A DNA stretch of 64,000 nucleotides from Octopus sinensis (Eukaryota), in assembly GCF_006345805.1 (NCBI RefSeq), contig NC_043003.1, positions 55,614,001-55,678,000 of the forward strand, read 5' to 3'. A program made the position numbers and the translations under genes. The notes beneath the pieces are model-generated. The model was not told the DNA's origin. It did not search any database and saw only the letters and a program-made list of their open reading frames with translations. Of this stretch, positions 14,024 to 27,046 are shown one piece after another. Within the stretch, counting starts at the first letter, position 1. The number at the start of each line of letters is the position of its first letter.

Positions 14024-14499
14024 CTAGACAGACAGAAATGAAGGGATGTGTAGAAAGCAGTTAAATGATTGTAAGCGTTATATAACAGAATAGTGTGACA
14101 AGGCAATGAAATAATGTTTGGTTGCTGTTAAAGGTTTTAATATTCAAACATTTCTATATCTTTCTTCCGTGAATGTATCTATGTAGATCGACAGATTTCT
14201 TGATGGATAGAAGATAGAACGTTGGGTGGCTACATATAGCGACACATAATAACCATAGCTATACAATATAACCTGAGTAAACAGGTAAGGATGTAATTTT
14301 TAAGTTTTAATATGTTGCCGACCAAAGGTTGAGGCCATGCTGGACACTGGAATTTTTTTTTTTTTTGGTGGGGTGGGAGTTATTCGGTTTAAATGTTTGT
14401 CTGTAATGTTAGAGTAGACGGATATAAAACATCAACATATATGTAAATAGAATATGATAGATAAATAGATTGATAAATATGTACGTAGGTAGGTTGGTA

Positions 14500-14574
14500 G
14501 GTTGGTGTACAGATAGATAGATAGATAGATAGATAGAGATAGATAGATATATAGATAGACAGATAGATAGATAG

Positions 14575-14628
<54 letters not shown>

Positions 14629-14641
14629 ATAGATAGATTAA

Positions 14642-14694
<53 letters not shown>

Positions 14695-14711
14695 GATATA
14701 TAGATAGATAA

Positions 14712-14782
<71 letters not shown>

Positions 14783-14785
14783 TAT
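14500..14785. repeat. (GATA)n microsatellite
   Basis: Visible directly. Confidence 0.95.
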
Positions 14786-14883
14786 TAATGATTGACTGAT
14801 AGTCCATTCAATATTGCTTATGCGGATTTTTACATATATTCAAGACTTTCAAAATTCAAAAAATATAACCATGGAATATTCAC

Positions 14884-15080
14884 AGGCGTGGAGGCAGAAC
14901 CGTTAGTACTCCAGGCAAAATCCTTGCGGCCTGTATGTTCTGAGTTCAAGTTCCGCCGAGGTTGACTTTGCCTATTATCTCTTCGGGCTCGCTAATATAT
15001 GTACTAGTGGAACAATGGATTCGATATGATCGACTCATCCCATCCCCCAAAGCAGCTTGTGGCAAAATATGTGAAACCAT
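14884..15080 (+). mobile_element. SINE family B, diverged
   Basis: GGCAGAACCGTTAG..TTCTGAGTTCAAGTTCCGCCGAGGTTGACTTTGCCT. Confidence 0.75.
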
Positions 15081-15169
15081 TATTATTATTGTTGTTGTTA
15101 TTGTTGTTGTTATTATTATTACTATTGCTATTTTATTATTATTATTATTATTATTATCATTATTATTAC

Positions 15170-15209
<40 letters not shown>

Positions 15210-15237
15210 TTATTATTATTATTATTTATTATTATTA

Positions 15238-15344
15238 TTCAGTAGTTTTATTTTTATAGCGTGCTTTCACTTCACTACCGAGCGCAGCTCTGTGTGCCTT
15301 GGGTATGTGCTGTGATTTGTTGTGATGCTCTGATGGTTATTGTA
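15238..15344 (-). mobile_element. Probable 3' end of an R4/Dong-like element with (AAT)n tail, cut by the gap
   Basis: rc ...GAGCTGCGCTCGGTAGTGAAGTGAAAGCACGCTATAAAAATAAAACTACTG|AATAATAAT; non-coding. Assignment is by recollection and context only. Confidence 0.4.
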
Positions 15345-15444
15345 NNNNNNNNNNNNNNNNNNNNNNNNNNNNNNNNNNNNNNNNNNNNNNNNNNNNNNNN
15401 NNNNNNNNNNNNNNNNNNNNNNNNNNNNNNNNNNNNNNNNNNNN
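15345..15444. other. Assembly gap (100 N)
   Basis: Run of N. Confidence 1.
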
Positions 15445-15710
15445 CCTCATTTTTTTCCTTCCAATTTCTTAACCTTTTATTGAATTTATAGATATCGCCA
15501 TTTTGTCATCATATTTCTCTCTCACTTACAAATGTTCAACTCATATAATCATCTTTCTCTCTTACTAAATTGTTTTTTCATACCTTCTTTTTTCTCTCTC
15601 CCTCTCTCTTTCTCTTCCTCTCTGCCCCTTCTTTGTATACACACACACACACACGCGCGCACACACGCATACACATAGACACACACATATTCATATATAT
15701 ACATTTATAT

Positions 15711-15867
15711 ACAAAGGGCTTCTTTCAGTTTCCGTCAAACAAATTCACTCACAATTGTTTGGTAGGCCCAATGTTATAGCAGCACACTTGCCCAAGGTGC
15801 CACGCAGAAGGATTGAGCCCCGAACCATGTGGTTGGGAAGCAAGCTATTTACCACAGAGCCACTCTT
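15711..15867 (-). mobile_element. SINE family A, 5' half
   Basis: GGGCTTCTTTCAGTTTCCGTC..CACTTGCCCAAGGTGCCACGCAG..CGAACCATGTGGTTGG..ACCACAGAGCCACTC. Confidence 0.85.
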
Positions 15868-15886
15868 GCGCACATATACATGTGTA

Positions 15887-15917
<31 letters not shown>

Positions 15918-16004
15918 GTAATGTATTATGTATATGTGGGTGCGTGTATGTATACATATATATATATATTATATAATATATATATATATATGTCTCTGTG
16001 GTAT

Positions 16005-16054
<50 letters not shown>

Positions 16055-16059
16055 CAATT

Positions 16060-16768
16060 ACATGTGTCTATCTCACTACCTCTCTCTCTATCTACCTATC
16101 AGTCTATCTCTCTCCTCTCTCTCTCTGTCTATCTATCTATCTATCTATCTATTAATCAATCAATCAATCAATCTATCTATCTATCTGTATATCTATCTCA
16201 GCACCACCAACCATCCTCACCTTTACCACTCTCTTCCCCTGTTTTATCTCTTTTGCCTTTATCTACTTTCAGTATTGCTGTCTCTGTTTCCTTCTGTATT
16301 TCTCGTCTATTTCTGTTTCTTTTTTATTCCTCTCTCTCCTGGGCTCTCTCTCCTGGGCTCTCTCTCCTTTTTCTCTCTCTATTTCTTTCTTTCCCCAGAA
16401 TCTCTCACTCTCTCTCTACCTCGTTTCTCTGTCTCCCGTTGAATGTTGCTCTCACCCCCTTTCACTGAATTCTTTTCTTTCTCTACCTCTATTTGTAATT
16501 GTTTTTACCTCACACTGATTCTCTCTCACCCTTTTTCTCCGCTATTCGCCCTCTCTATCCCTGTCTCTCTTTCTCCCTCTTTTCTTCTCTCACCGAATCT
16601 GCCTCACTCCAATTCTCCCCCTCTCTCTCTTTGTCTTTCTTACCCTGCCTCTTTTAATATTTCTGTCTCAGATTCCCCCTCTCTTTTTCTCTGTCTAATT
16701 CTCTTTCTCACTCTCTCTCTCTCTCTCTGCCTCTCTCGCTCTCAGCCTGTATGTCTGTTCTCCTCCCT

Positions 16769-16808
<40 letters not shown>

Positions 16809-16840
16809 CCTCTCCCTAACACTCTCTCACATTCTTATCA
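16060..16840. repeat. Decayed (CT)n/(CTAT)n pyrimidine-rich tract
   Basis: Strong C/T strand bias with degenerate CT units. Confidence 0.85.
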
Positions 16841-17029
16841 TTACAACTATTTCAATTGATTTTTCTCATTAATTCTTAAATATTTCTTCAGATTGTTCTT
16901 TCCTAAATATAATTTTACTTTTCTTTTTTTACACTTCACTAAATTTGTTATTTTATTTTTCTAGAATATATCTTTATTATTCAGTTTGTTTATTTACTTA
17001 TTGGTATCATTATCATCGCTTTCATTATT

Positions 17030-17081
17030 GTTGTCGTCGTCGTCGCCAGCGATATCATCATCATCGTCGTCGTCGTCGTCG

Positions 17082-17115
<34 letters not shown>

Positions 17116-17389
17116 TAGTGTTGCATTTATTATTATCATTAGAGTTAATAGTATATTACTCTTTCTTTTTGTTTTCTTTTTGTTACTTTAGTATTGTTTC
17201 CGTGATGATAAATATTGTAGCTGCTTCTATTATTTTATTACCATTTAAAAAAAAATACATTTATCTATTATTATTATTATCATCATCATCATCATCATCA
17301 TCATCATCGTTATTTTCGCCGCCATGAACATCATAATCGTCATCATCATCATCATCTTCGTCGTCGACCTTTTCACCAGCATAATCATC

Positions 17390-17461
<72 letters not shown>

Positions 17462-17475
17462 GTCGTCGTCGTCAT
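17030..17475. repeat. (TCA)n/(TCG)n/(TTA)n microsatellite cluster
   Basis: Visible directly. Confidence 0.9.
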
Positions 17476-17807
17476 TTTTATCACTTTCATTCACACATTT
17501 CATTTTTACTTCGCAAATCGCATCATGATGGTGTTAATAAGAAATCTCTTTTTTTCCCGCTAATGTCGCATCTCACCTTGTAAACTCCATAGAATTAAAT
17601 TTGTTCCAGTTGGCTGTATTGTGAAGTACCTCATTTGATTATGGTTTCTTTAAAATTTTCTAATATTAGTTTTACACTTCGGGTTTATTTGTTTATATAT
17701 TTATTGGCATACATTTATTTTAGCATCTCATCTGCGAACTTCCTTTCCGATTCTAAAACATACACAACAACAGACAGACAGAGAAAAAATACACACACGT
17801 ATATATA

Positions 17808-17857
<50 letters not shown>

Positions 17858-18097
17858 AATATATTATATATATATATATCATATTATATATATATAATAT
17901 ATATATATATATGCATGTATATATATAATATATCTGTATATATGTATAAATGTGTGTGTTTACGTGTGTTGCGTATCATGAACTGTATGTGTAAGATTGT
18001 ATTTGCATATATATATAAATATATGTATATATATATTTATATAGATGTTTAATGCATCATATATACTTGAAATAGTATGTATATGTATATATATATA

Positions 18098-18139
<42 letters not shown>

Positions 18140-18213
18140 TATTTATGCATATATATATATTTACATATATATGTATATATATATATAATATGTGTGTGTT
18201 TATATATAATATA

Positions 18214-18252
<39 letters not shown>

Positions 18253-18883
18253 TTATATATATATATATTACTCCTTTGAAATCAGTGTTATTATTTCTTA
18301 TTTGTTTTAATTCTTTGTGCGTGTTGACTCTTTTCGTAAAATACTCCATGTACCACCCACCAGCAACATTTTTTCTTCGTTCTGGCAATAATACAACTGC
18401 CGATAACTTCTTGTATTTCGGATGTGCAACCACACACAACATTCGTATTTCGTTACTTGCTTCGCATTAAAAAAGATTAACGCATTAATGCTTGAGGTGT
18501 ACATGTATTTTGTGGTTTGTAATTGTGCTTGAATTCTTTGAAAAATAGATTATAATACCCTTTCGCTTCACCTTTTTCTTCATGTTTGACGAATTGTTTT
18601 ATATCAAGCCATTTGGATTTTTTATTTCCTTTTTTCCTTCTATTTCCGGTTAGCCATATGCAAAATTATGTATTCAGCCTTTGTAACGTTTTATTGAACC
18701 TAACCTCATTTTAATAAATTTACACCCAACCCGTCATTTTAGATATATGTAGGACTTTATTTCAGTTAACTTAACTGCAACACAAGCAAAGATAATCTTA
18801 TCTACTCTCACATTATCAGTTTATCAGACTATCTTGTGATAGCCTCTACGTTCATTTCCTCTTAATATATATTGTATATTAGT

Positions 18884-19058
18884 GGAGGCGCAATGGCCCA
18901 GTGGTTAGGGCAGCGGACTCGCGGTCGTAGGATCGCGGTTTTGATTCCCAGACCGGGCTTTGTGAGTATTTGTTGAGCGAAAACACGTAAAGATCCACAG
19001 GGCTCCTACAGGGGTTGGTGGTGAACTCTGCTGTGTTCTTTCACCACATCTCTCTCTT
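18884..19058 (+). mobile_element. tRNA-derived SINE family C, 5' part (followed by a family-B 3' fragment to ~19160)
   Basis: GGAGGCGCAATGGCCCAGTGGTTAGGGCAGCGGACTCGCGGTCGTAGGATCGCGGTTTTGATTCCC: tRNA-like head with A box and imperfect B box. Confidence 0.8.
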
Positions 19059-19380
19059 TGAAAGCCGATGAAATAAGTACCAGTTGAACACTGGGGTCGA
19101 TGTAATTAGCTTACTCCTTCCCCGCAACTGCAGGACTTGTGACAAACTTTGAAAGTATTATATATCTCTTTATGTAGTTTTGTCACTATCTCACTTTTCA
19201 TATATATAGCAACCATATGCCTCGGTACGACTTATATGCATGCATTGTATGCAATACCAAGTAGGGATGGGTTCAATTAATCAAACAAGTAAATATTTAT
19301 TGTTAAGGCTCAAGTAACAGTTGTCACACCAATGTACAATTGAGGTGAATGAAAGACAAAGCTACCATATCAAACTGATA

Positions 19381-19602
19381 ATAATGATTTCAAATTCTGG
19401 CACCAGGCCAGGATGTTGTTTTAGTGAGGGTTTATTCGACTATATTGTCTTCAATACTTAAGTAGGACATAATTTTTCGGCCTTAAAGAATGAGAGTTAT
19501 CGACGATATTGTTGGGATTTGAATTCAGTACGGAGAGAGCCGTAAGAAATGCTGCTAAGAATTTCGTCCAGCGTGCTAACGAGTCTGCCAGCTCTCCGCC
19601 TT
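19381..19602 (-). mobile_element. SINE family B, old copy
   Basis: GCTAAGAATTTCGTCCAGCGTGCTAACGAGTCTGCCAGCTCTCCGCC; GGATTTGAATTCAG. Confidence 0.7.
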
Positions 19603-19603
19603 A

Positions 19604-20530
<927 letters not shown>

Positions 20531-20539
20531 TTCTTAAAG

Positions 20540-20540
<1 letters not shown>

Positions 20541-20571
<31 letters not shown>

Positions 20572-21011
20572 AAGAAGAAGAAGAAGAAGAAGAAGAGGAA
20601 GAGAAAAGAAGAAGAAGAAGAAGAAGAAGAGGAAGATAAGAAGAAGGATAATAATAATAATAATAATAATATAATATAAAATAATAATAATAATAATAAT
20701 AATAGAAGAAGAAGAAGAAGAAGAAGAAGAAGAAGAAGAAGAAGAAGAAGAAGAAGAAGAAGAAGAAGAAGAAGAAGGAGGAGAAAGAAGAAGAAGAAGA
20801 AAGAAGAAGAAGGAGAAGAAGAAGAAAGAAGAAGAAGAAGAAGAGAAGAAGAAGAAGAAGAAGAAGAGAAGAAGAGAAGAAGAGAAGAAGAAGAAGAAGA
20901 AGAAAAGAAAAGAAGAAGAAGAAGAAGAAAGAAGAAGAAAAGAAGAAGAGAAGAAGAAGAGAAGAGAAGAAGAAGAAGAAAGAAGAAGAAGAAGAAGAAG
21001 AAGAAGAAGAA
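20541..21011. repeat. Long (GAA)n tract with an internal (AAT)n block
   Basis: Visible directly. Confidence 0.95.
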
Positions 21012-21149
21012 GAAAGAAAAGTTGTTCAGAATGCTGGATGGTTGTAAAAGTATATATTTATTTACATATCACATATTATTTACATATTTGATATGTAAAT
21101 AAATATATATTTTTACAACCATCCAGCATTCTGAACATCTTTTTCTTTC
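21012..21149. repeat. Near-perfect inverted repeat (~60-bp arms, 17-nt loop)
   Basis: 21012-21071 versus rc of 21089-21149 differ by about 2 substitutions and 1 indel. Confidence 0.9.
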
Positions 21150-21546
21150 ACATGTATTAAATCTGTACTTCACCCCTAATACTTCTAGCATGTATATACA
21201 TACATACACGTACACGCACACACATACACACACACATACATACACACACACACACATACACACACACACACATATGTGTGTATTTATGTGCATGTGTCGT
21301 GGGGGGGGGGTGCGGGTCTGATTGCCATTTTCAATTTTTTCTCTCGAGAAGTACTTTTCAAACCAATATTTACATTCCGTTATTTATGAATTTATTTGAA
21401 CTTCATGATATATGTGTGTGTGTGTGTGTGTGTTTGTGTGTGTGCGCGTGCGCGTGTATATAGATAGATACATGCATACATACATAATACACACACACAC
21501 ATGCATATATATATATATATATATATAATATGTGGTGTGTGTGTGT

Positions 21547-21750
21547 GACCTCGTGAGTACCATCGGCGATTTTTTTTCCTCTGTCTTCCCTTCTCGGGAT
21601 CTTTCCTTCTCCTATGTTTCCGACGAAGAGCTCCGTTCGAAACGTTACACCCTCCTTCTTCCCTTATTTCCTGAGCGTCCAATAATACTTTATTTGTTCC
21701 ACGTCCTCGCGTTGTTGTGTTTTTTGTTTTTTGTATTTTCTTGTTTGGAT

Positions 21751-21754
<4 letters not shown>
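21547..21754 (+). mobile_element. Penelope-like element terminal (pLTR) fragment
   Basis: Contains a hammerhead-like core, ends in a T-rich stretch abutting (TA)n, and has a sister copy at 32381-32495. Confidence 0.65.
21616..21650 (+). ncRNA. Minimal type I hammerhead ribozyme motif (probably decayed)
   Basis: GTTT-CCGACGA-A-GAGC(TCC)GTTC-GAAA-CGTT-ACAC. Stem II GAGC/GUUC; palindromic AACGUU stem III; GUU triplet; stem I 3 of 4 pairs. Confidence 0.65.
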
Positions 21755-21787
<33 letters not shown>

Positions 21788-21952
21788 AGATCTCTAGAGA
21801 AGCACATCTTCAGTTATATATGTAAATGAAATTAAGGGAATGTTTCTAAATAAAGAAATACATAAATAGAAATAATACATGAATAGGTACCAACATGTTT
21901 CCCTACTAGTTATGTTTAATAAAAAAATAAGTTAATTGCTAAAATTTAATAT

Positions 21953-22643
21953 CATAACCTTTGAAATATTCACCTTGCGCAGCAATACACTGGTCCTAGC
22001 GTTCCTGCCACTTTTGGAATCTAGACTGGAAGTCGTTGCGATTCCTTCTTGATCTCAACAACGGTCTTTCAACGGTGACCTTTGAGCTGCATTTTCATCT
22101 TGGGGAAGAGCTGGAAGTCCGCAAGTGCTGAATTTTGCGAATAGGGCCGGTGTAGAGGTGCTGCCATGTGTTTGGCGACGCACTCACAAATGAGGAGAGC
22201 CCGGATCCAATTTTCATCCCTTAAACGCTCGAAAATGTCGCAGTAGAACTCTCAAACGGTGGTGTGGCCCTGGGGGATGAATTCTCTGTGCACAATACCA
22301 CATTTCCAGTGATCACTTTCGTGGTAGGCTTTCCAGATCGCTCATCGTCTTGCAGGGACGTTTTTCCGCTCTTGACGTACTTGTGCCACTCGTAACATTG
22401 CGTATGACTCATTGCTCCAACAGCGTAAGCTTGCCGAAATATATTAAATGACTCTATATTTGACTTCCAAAGTTTGACGTAAAATTTCACGTTGGCTGTT
22501 TGTTCCTGCCCATGACAATATCGCAGACTATAGCATATACTTGATAACGAAAACGCATAAAGCTCTCACAGCGCATGCAACCATATGCCGTTATCTGTTG
22601 GCGCCCCACATATGTTGTCCGGGAACTTTTTGATACCACCTCG
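21953..22643 (-). mobile_element. Internally deleted mariner transposon
   Basis: TIR TA|CGAGGTGGTATCAAAAAGTTCCCGG. N-terminal VKFYVKL..MSHTQCYEWHK..DDERSGKP joined to GIVHREFIPQG..FYCDI..RPYSQNSALADFQLFPKMK; first catalytic Asp region missing. Confidence 0.85.
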
Positions 22644-23229
22644 TAAATACATATTTAGAATAAGGAAAAGTGCGTCGTTTCTTAGATAGAGTGATAATGT
22701 GAAAAGGTTTATCTCCACGAATTGTACTTCAATGAAAAAGATGGCCGTATTAAAACAGTGATGTTTGCATAAACATGTTAAAATGAATTAAGTGTTTGTA
22801 AATGCAAGAATATAAAACGTTAACGAGAAATTATTGATGCGGGTTTTAAACATGCATGTGCCTTGTAAAATCTCTTAAAATGCAGTGAGTACAGCAAGGA
22901 TTATTACACATTTTATAGAATATTCGGATACGTTGTAGCTGGTTGGTGTTTGTGCATGTATGTATTTATGGTCGCCTGATGAGGTGAACAAGTTAGCTGG
23001 GGACCAACAGCAAAGAGAGGACATAGCAAACACATAATGAGAAAGACCGCAAAAAGACGTTGCGATTAAATGATAACACTAAATCTGTAACTGACAGCAG
23101 GCGTGTAACATGTTTCAAACTTCTTAAAATTCTTAACAAAATCATCTAGTACGTAACGTGTAGCTTCATAAAATTAATTTCCGTTGATTATATCATGAAG
23201 TGTCTAGCTATAATTTAAAATGACAAGAA

Positions 23230-23950
23230 TAAAGGGGATTTGTCAGAATATTGAACCATTAAAACAGGCAAAGCTATTGATGCCAGTATATCCAGTTTCA
23301 ATAATCAAGTAATCTATATCGTAGTTGAAGATACCTATATCTTTCACAGTCTTGTTGTACCGCTTTTATCTTCACGTATATGAAAAGGTGTTTTGTTTGC
23401 ATCAGTACATAAAATCATTCTCTGAGAGGCTAATCAGCATTTTGTAATTTTGAAGATAGTACTGTAATCTGCACTGCAGTAGATACAGCTCTTTTGAAGA
23501 TATCTGCTGTTTAGATATCGTGAGCTGTGAATAAAACAACTATATTGTATTGATGAATCTTGTACTATAGAATTTTCTAATTTACTTTTATTAATCCAAA
23601 GTAGTGAAGAGAGCAAGTTGTCCGTGGAAGTGAAACTTTGATGGTATCTCTATTGACAATATGATATCTTTTGATGAAAGTCCCTCAAAGAAATGATTTG
23701 TAAATGAATTCAGAAAGGAAAGAGCAACAAACATTGAAAGTAAAACTTGGGCTGTACCATATCGCCTTCCTTGAATTTGAAATTTTATGTTTGAATATGT
23801 ACTGTTTGTTATCGACGAAGTAGCTTCTCTTTAAAATCTCATTATGAAATTTTGATGAACAGATTAAACATATATTTATCAAAACGATTAAATGCCTGTT
23901 TAACCAATATTTGAAGGCAAATCCTTCTGAGAATGGATTTACTGTGACTA
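23230..23950 (-). pseudogene. Decayed Penelope-like (Naiad-type) ORF: thumb/linker towards GIY-YIG
   Basis: SRKAIWYSPSF (cf. R-K-I-I-W-F-N-P-P-F), IVNRDTIKVS (cf. IFNRNTVKVSYS), YLNSRYLQKSCIY (cf. CPLNG-CL--S-IY). Reference motifs recalled, not searched. Confidence 0.5.
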
Positions 23951-24040
23951 CAGCGTTAATATTTAAGGAGTTTTCTATGAGGATTATATGTGCCTAGAAC
24001 TATGATTTTAGCCAATCTAGTGATGATTCTCGAAGTAATA

Positions 24041-24435
24041 TTAGTTTCAAATTTTGGTGCAAGGAGGACATGTTCGCGTGAAAATGTAAGTCGATTACCC
24101 TCGTGCTCAACTGGTACTTATTTGATCGAGCCTGAAAGGACGAAGGCGAAGTCGACCTCGGCAGAACTTGAACTCAGAAAATAAAAACGGAAGAAATGCC
24201 GCTAAGCATTTTTACCTGCTGTGCTAACGATTCTGCCATCTCGCCACCTTGGTGCTTACAACAATACTAGTTTTAAATTGTGGTATAATGCCAGCAATTT
24301 CGGAGTGGGTGGATAAGTCTATTGCATCGACCCCGGTGTTTAACAGAAATTATAGTTTATGAACCCGAAAGGATAGCGGTGTTTGAATACGGAACGTAAA
24401 GACGGACGAAATGCGCCTAAGCAAGCTCGCCGTCC
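24041..24435 (-). mobile_element. Two tandem SINE family B copies
   Basis: GAAGTCGACCTCGGCAGAACTTGAACTCAG..GCTAACGATTCTGCC and CATCGACCCC..CCCGAAAGGAT..GACGGACGAAATG. Confidence 0.8.
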
Positions 24436-24539
24436 AGGTGCTTTCAGTAATATTAACATCAAAATGTTTAACATTGACAATTAGAGACTCCGTATTCATA
24501 TCAACTATTCACATCTTTAATTCAGTAAGTTCATTGTCT

Positions 24540-24900
24540 CTATATTCTGTTTTACATGCTTCAGTCATTCGACAGTGGCAATGCTGGAGCACTATTTTTA
24601 GACGAACAAATCGGGTCCCTTTTGCCGAACTGCTGAGTTTCGGGGCAATAAACACGACAACACGGTCGTCAAGCGATGGCTGGGGGGAGGATAAACACAG
24701 ACACAAAGACAAACACACCCAACCACACACATATATATTTATTTACACGAAAGGCTTTTTTTCAGTTTCCGTCTACCAGATCTACTCACAAGTCTTCGAT
24801 CGACCCTAAGCTATAGTCGAAGACACTTGCCCAAGGTACCACGCTGTGGGACTGAATCCTGAACCATGTGGTTGGGAATCAAGTTTCGTACCATACACCG
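24540..24900 (-). mobile_element. SINE family A
   Basis: TCAGTCATTCGAC..ATGCTGGAGCAC..TCAGTTTCCGTCTACC..ACACTTGCCCAAGGTACCACGC..GAACCATGTGGTTGG. Confidence 0.85.
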
Positions 24901-25278
24901 ACGCGTAATTCTATAAAAACAAATTAATATTTTCAAGTTTCAAAAAGATATGATATTCGATATCATCGAAGCAGCCCACAGGGTCATTTAAAATTGTTCA
25001 TGACTCGGCGCTGGAATGAATCACTACATGAAGGAAGACCTTTTCTTTATGTATATTAACATATGTGCCTAAATATTTTATGGCAGTATAAGAACAATGG
25101 AAATTTAAGGTATTCATTAAAAGGGGTGGATTGGGCAAAACATGGATCAAATATCGAATTGTAAAACTGGAAGAATTAAGAGTTTAAATCAATCTAGCGT
25201 GCGTAATAACTTTTATAGTAAAACATTTTAGACCACCCAGTGGTGAAATTTAAGACTTCCATTAAAAAAGGGTTCAGT

Positions 25279-25882
25279 ATCTTTACCTTTTGACCGACAG
25301 ATTTAAAAAATAATTTTTTGTAACTAAACACTTTCAAGCTGCCGGCACTCGTAGAATGTGTCATATAAAATATCTTTTACTCTTAGCGTTTTTGAGAAAA
25401 GCTTATATTTAGGAAGTTATTTCACGTTAAAATTATAGTATTTCGGTAAATTCAACCAATCATTGACGTGTATTCAGCTGAATAAAATTACTGCCGTTGT
25501 TTGTTAACAATAACTATCGGCGGTGTATTTTTCGTTTGTCACTGTTATTTATGACATTGTTCGTGCGCTTGTACTGGTTTTAGGGTTAGGGTTAGGATTT
25601 TAGAGTTAGGGTTGTCATAAATAACGGTGACAAACGAAATATACACCGTCGGAAGTTGACAAACAACAGCAGCAATTTTATTCAGCTGAATACACGTCAC
25701 TGATTGGTTGAAATTACCGAAATACTACAACTTTAACGTGAAATTATTTCCTACATATAAGTTTTCTCAAATACTCTAAGAAAATAGATATTTTATATGA
25801 CACATTCTACTAGTGTCCGAAGTTTAAAAGTGTTTAATTAAAGAAAACTATTTTTTAAATCGGTCGGTCAAAAGGTAAAGAT
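25279..25882. mobile_element. Foldback/MITE with ~275-bp TIRs and a TTAGGG-containing spacer
   Basis: Arms 25279-25555 and 25614-25882 are reverse complements (ATCTTTACCTTTTGACCGAC.GATTTAAAAAATA...GTCAC.GTTATTTATGAC). Spacer includes TTAGGGTTAGGGTTAGGATTTTAGAGTTAGGG. Confidence 0.9.
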
Positions 25883-26804
25883 CCGGGATTCATTAACAGA
25901 AGGGTAGAATTTAACAATGTCTAAATGAGTGAATTTACCTTTAGATATCTTGTATAAATTACCGTACCAAACTATTATTGACGAGCTATCTTTCCAAAAT
26001 GAAACATTAAGAGATTTCATGATATGATTATTAAATGGAATCATGTATAACCTAACTAATTCTTCTTAGTTTCCATTTTGTAGAATTACGGTTTTTATTG
26101 AGTATTTGCACGACCAAATACTCAATTCTGTCGTCTTTCTGAAAGATAAAAGCTAATCGATTCACGTCTTCGTGAATAAGTTTGTGTGTGCGTGGATTAG
26201 CTTCGTTATAATAATTTTTTATAATGCTTCATAAGTATTTGCGTGCACTTGTTAAAATGTGTTTATATTGATTTATTCTATATTATTTTATTATATGCAT
26301 TACGTCTTTTTAGTTGATATTGCTTAACACGTGATTCTCCAGTTGTATTTTGACATATAGATTCGGAGTGTCTTATATATTTTCTAATATAAATATAAAT
26401 TTTGCGATTATTAAATTACAGTGCAACGCAAGAACGTTTCTGTCGCTAAGTCACTTGTATAGCTTTGCAGCTAAATCGAAAACAGAATATACTCTACTAT
26501 TGCATATAGAGTCCAATTCACTCGACTAATGGTACACGCACACGCACACACATACATGCGCATGCGCACCAGCATTTTTGAGAGCATGTCTGTGATAGCA
26601 GGCAATGCTGCGGTCTGTAAAACGACATGTACTCTAGCATTTATGAAGTCATAAACATCATATACTTACCCATCTCCTTATCGTCTTCATTCGTCGACGG
26701 CATCCTCATCATCAGCATAAGTAGTATACTGATGATGATGACGGATGTAGTAGTAGTAATAGTAGTGGTGGTGCATCTGTTATTGTTTGGTGATGCTGGT
26801 GACT

Positions 26805-26856
<52 letters not shown>

Positions 26857-26995
26857 CAGCGCTGGTGTTTTTGTTGTTGGTGTTGTGATAGTAGGCGTAG
26901 TAGAAGTGGTAGCAGTAGTAGTACTATTAACAATGGTCTTTTTGCTATTGTTGCTGTTGGCAGCGGTGGCATTATCATTATTATTATAATTATTA

Positions 26996-27046
<51 letters not shown>

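Noticed and set aside
18884-18955. tRNA gene
   Set aside because: The B box is imperfect, the acceptor stem does not close, and it continues into SINE body; treated as a SINE head
25580-25613. True telomere or chromosome-fusion site
   Set aside because: Only about 5 degenerate units, single orientation, and enclosed in transposon-like arms
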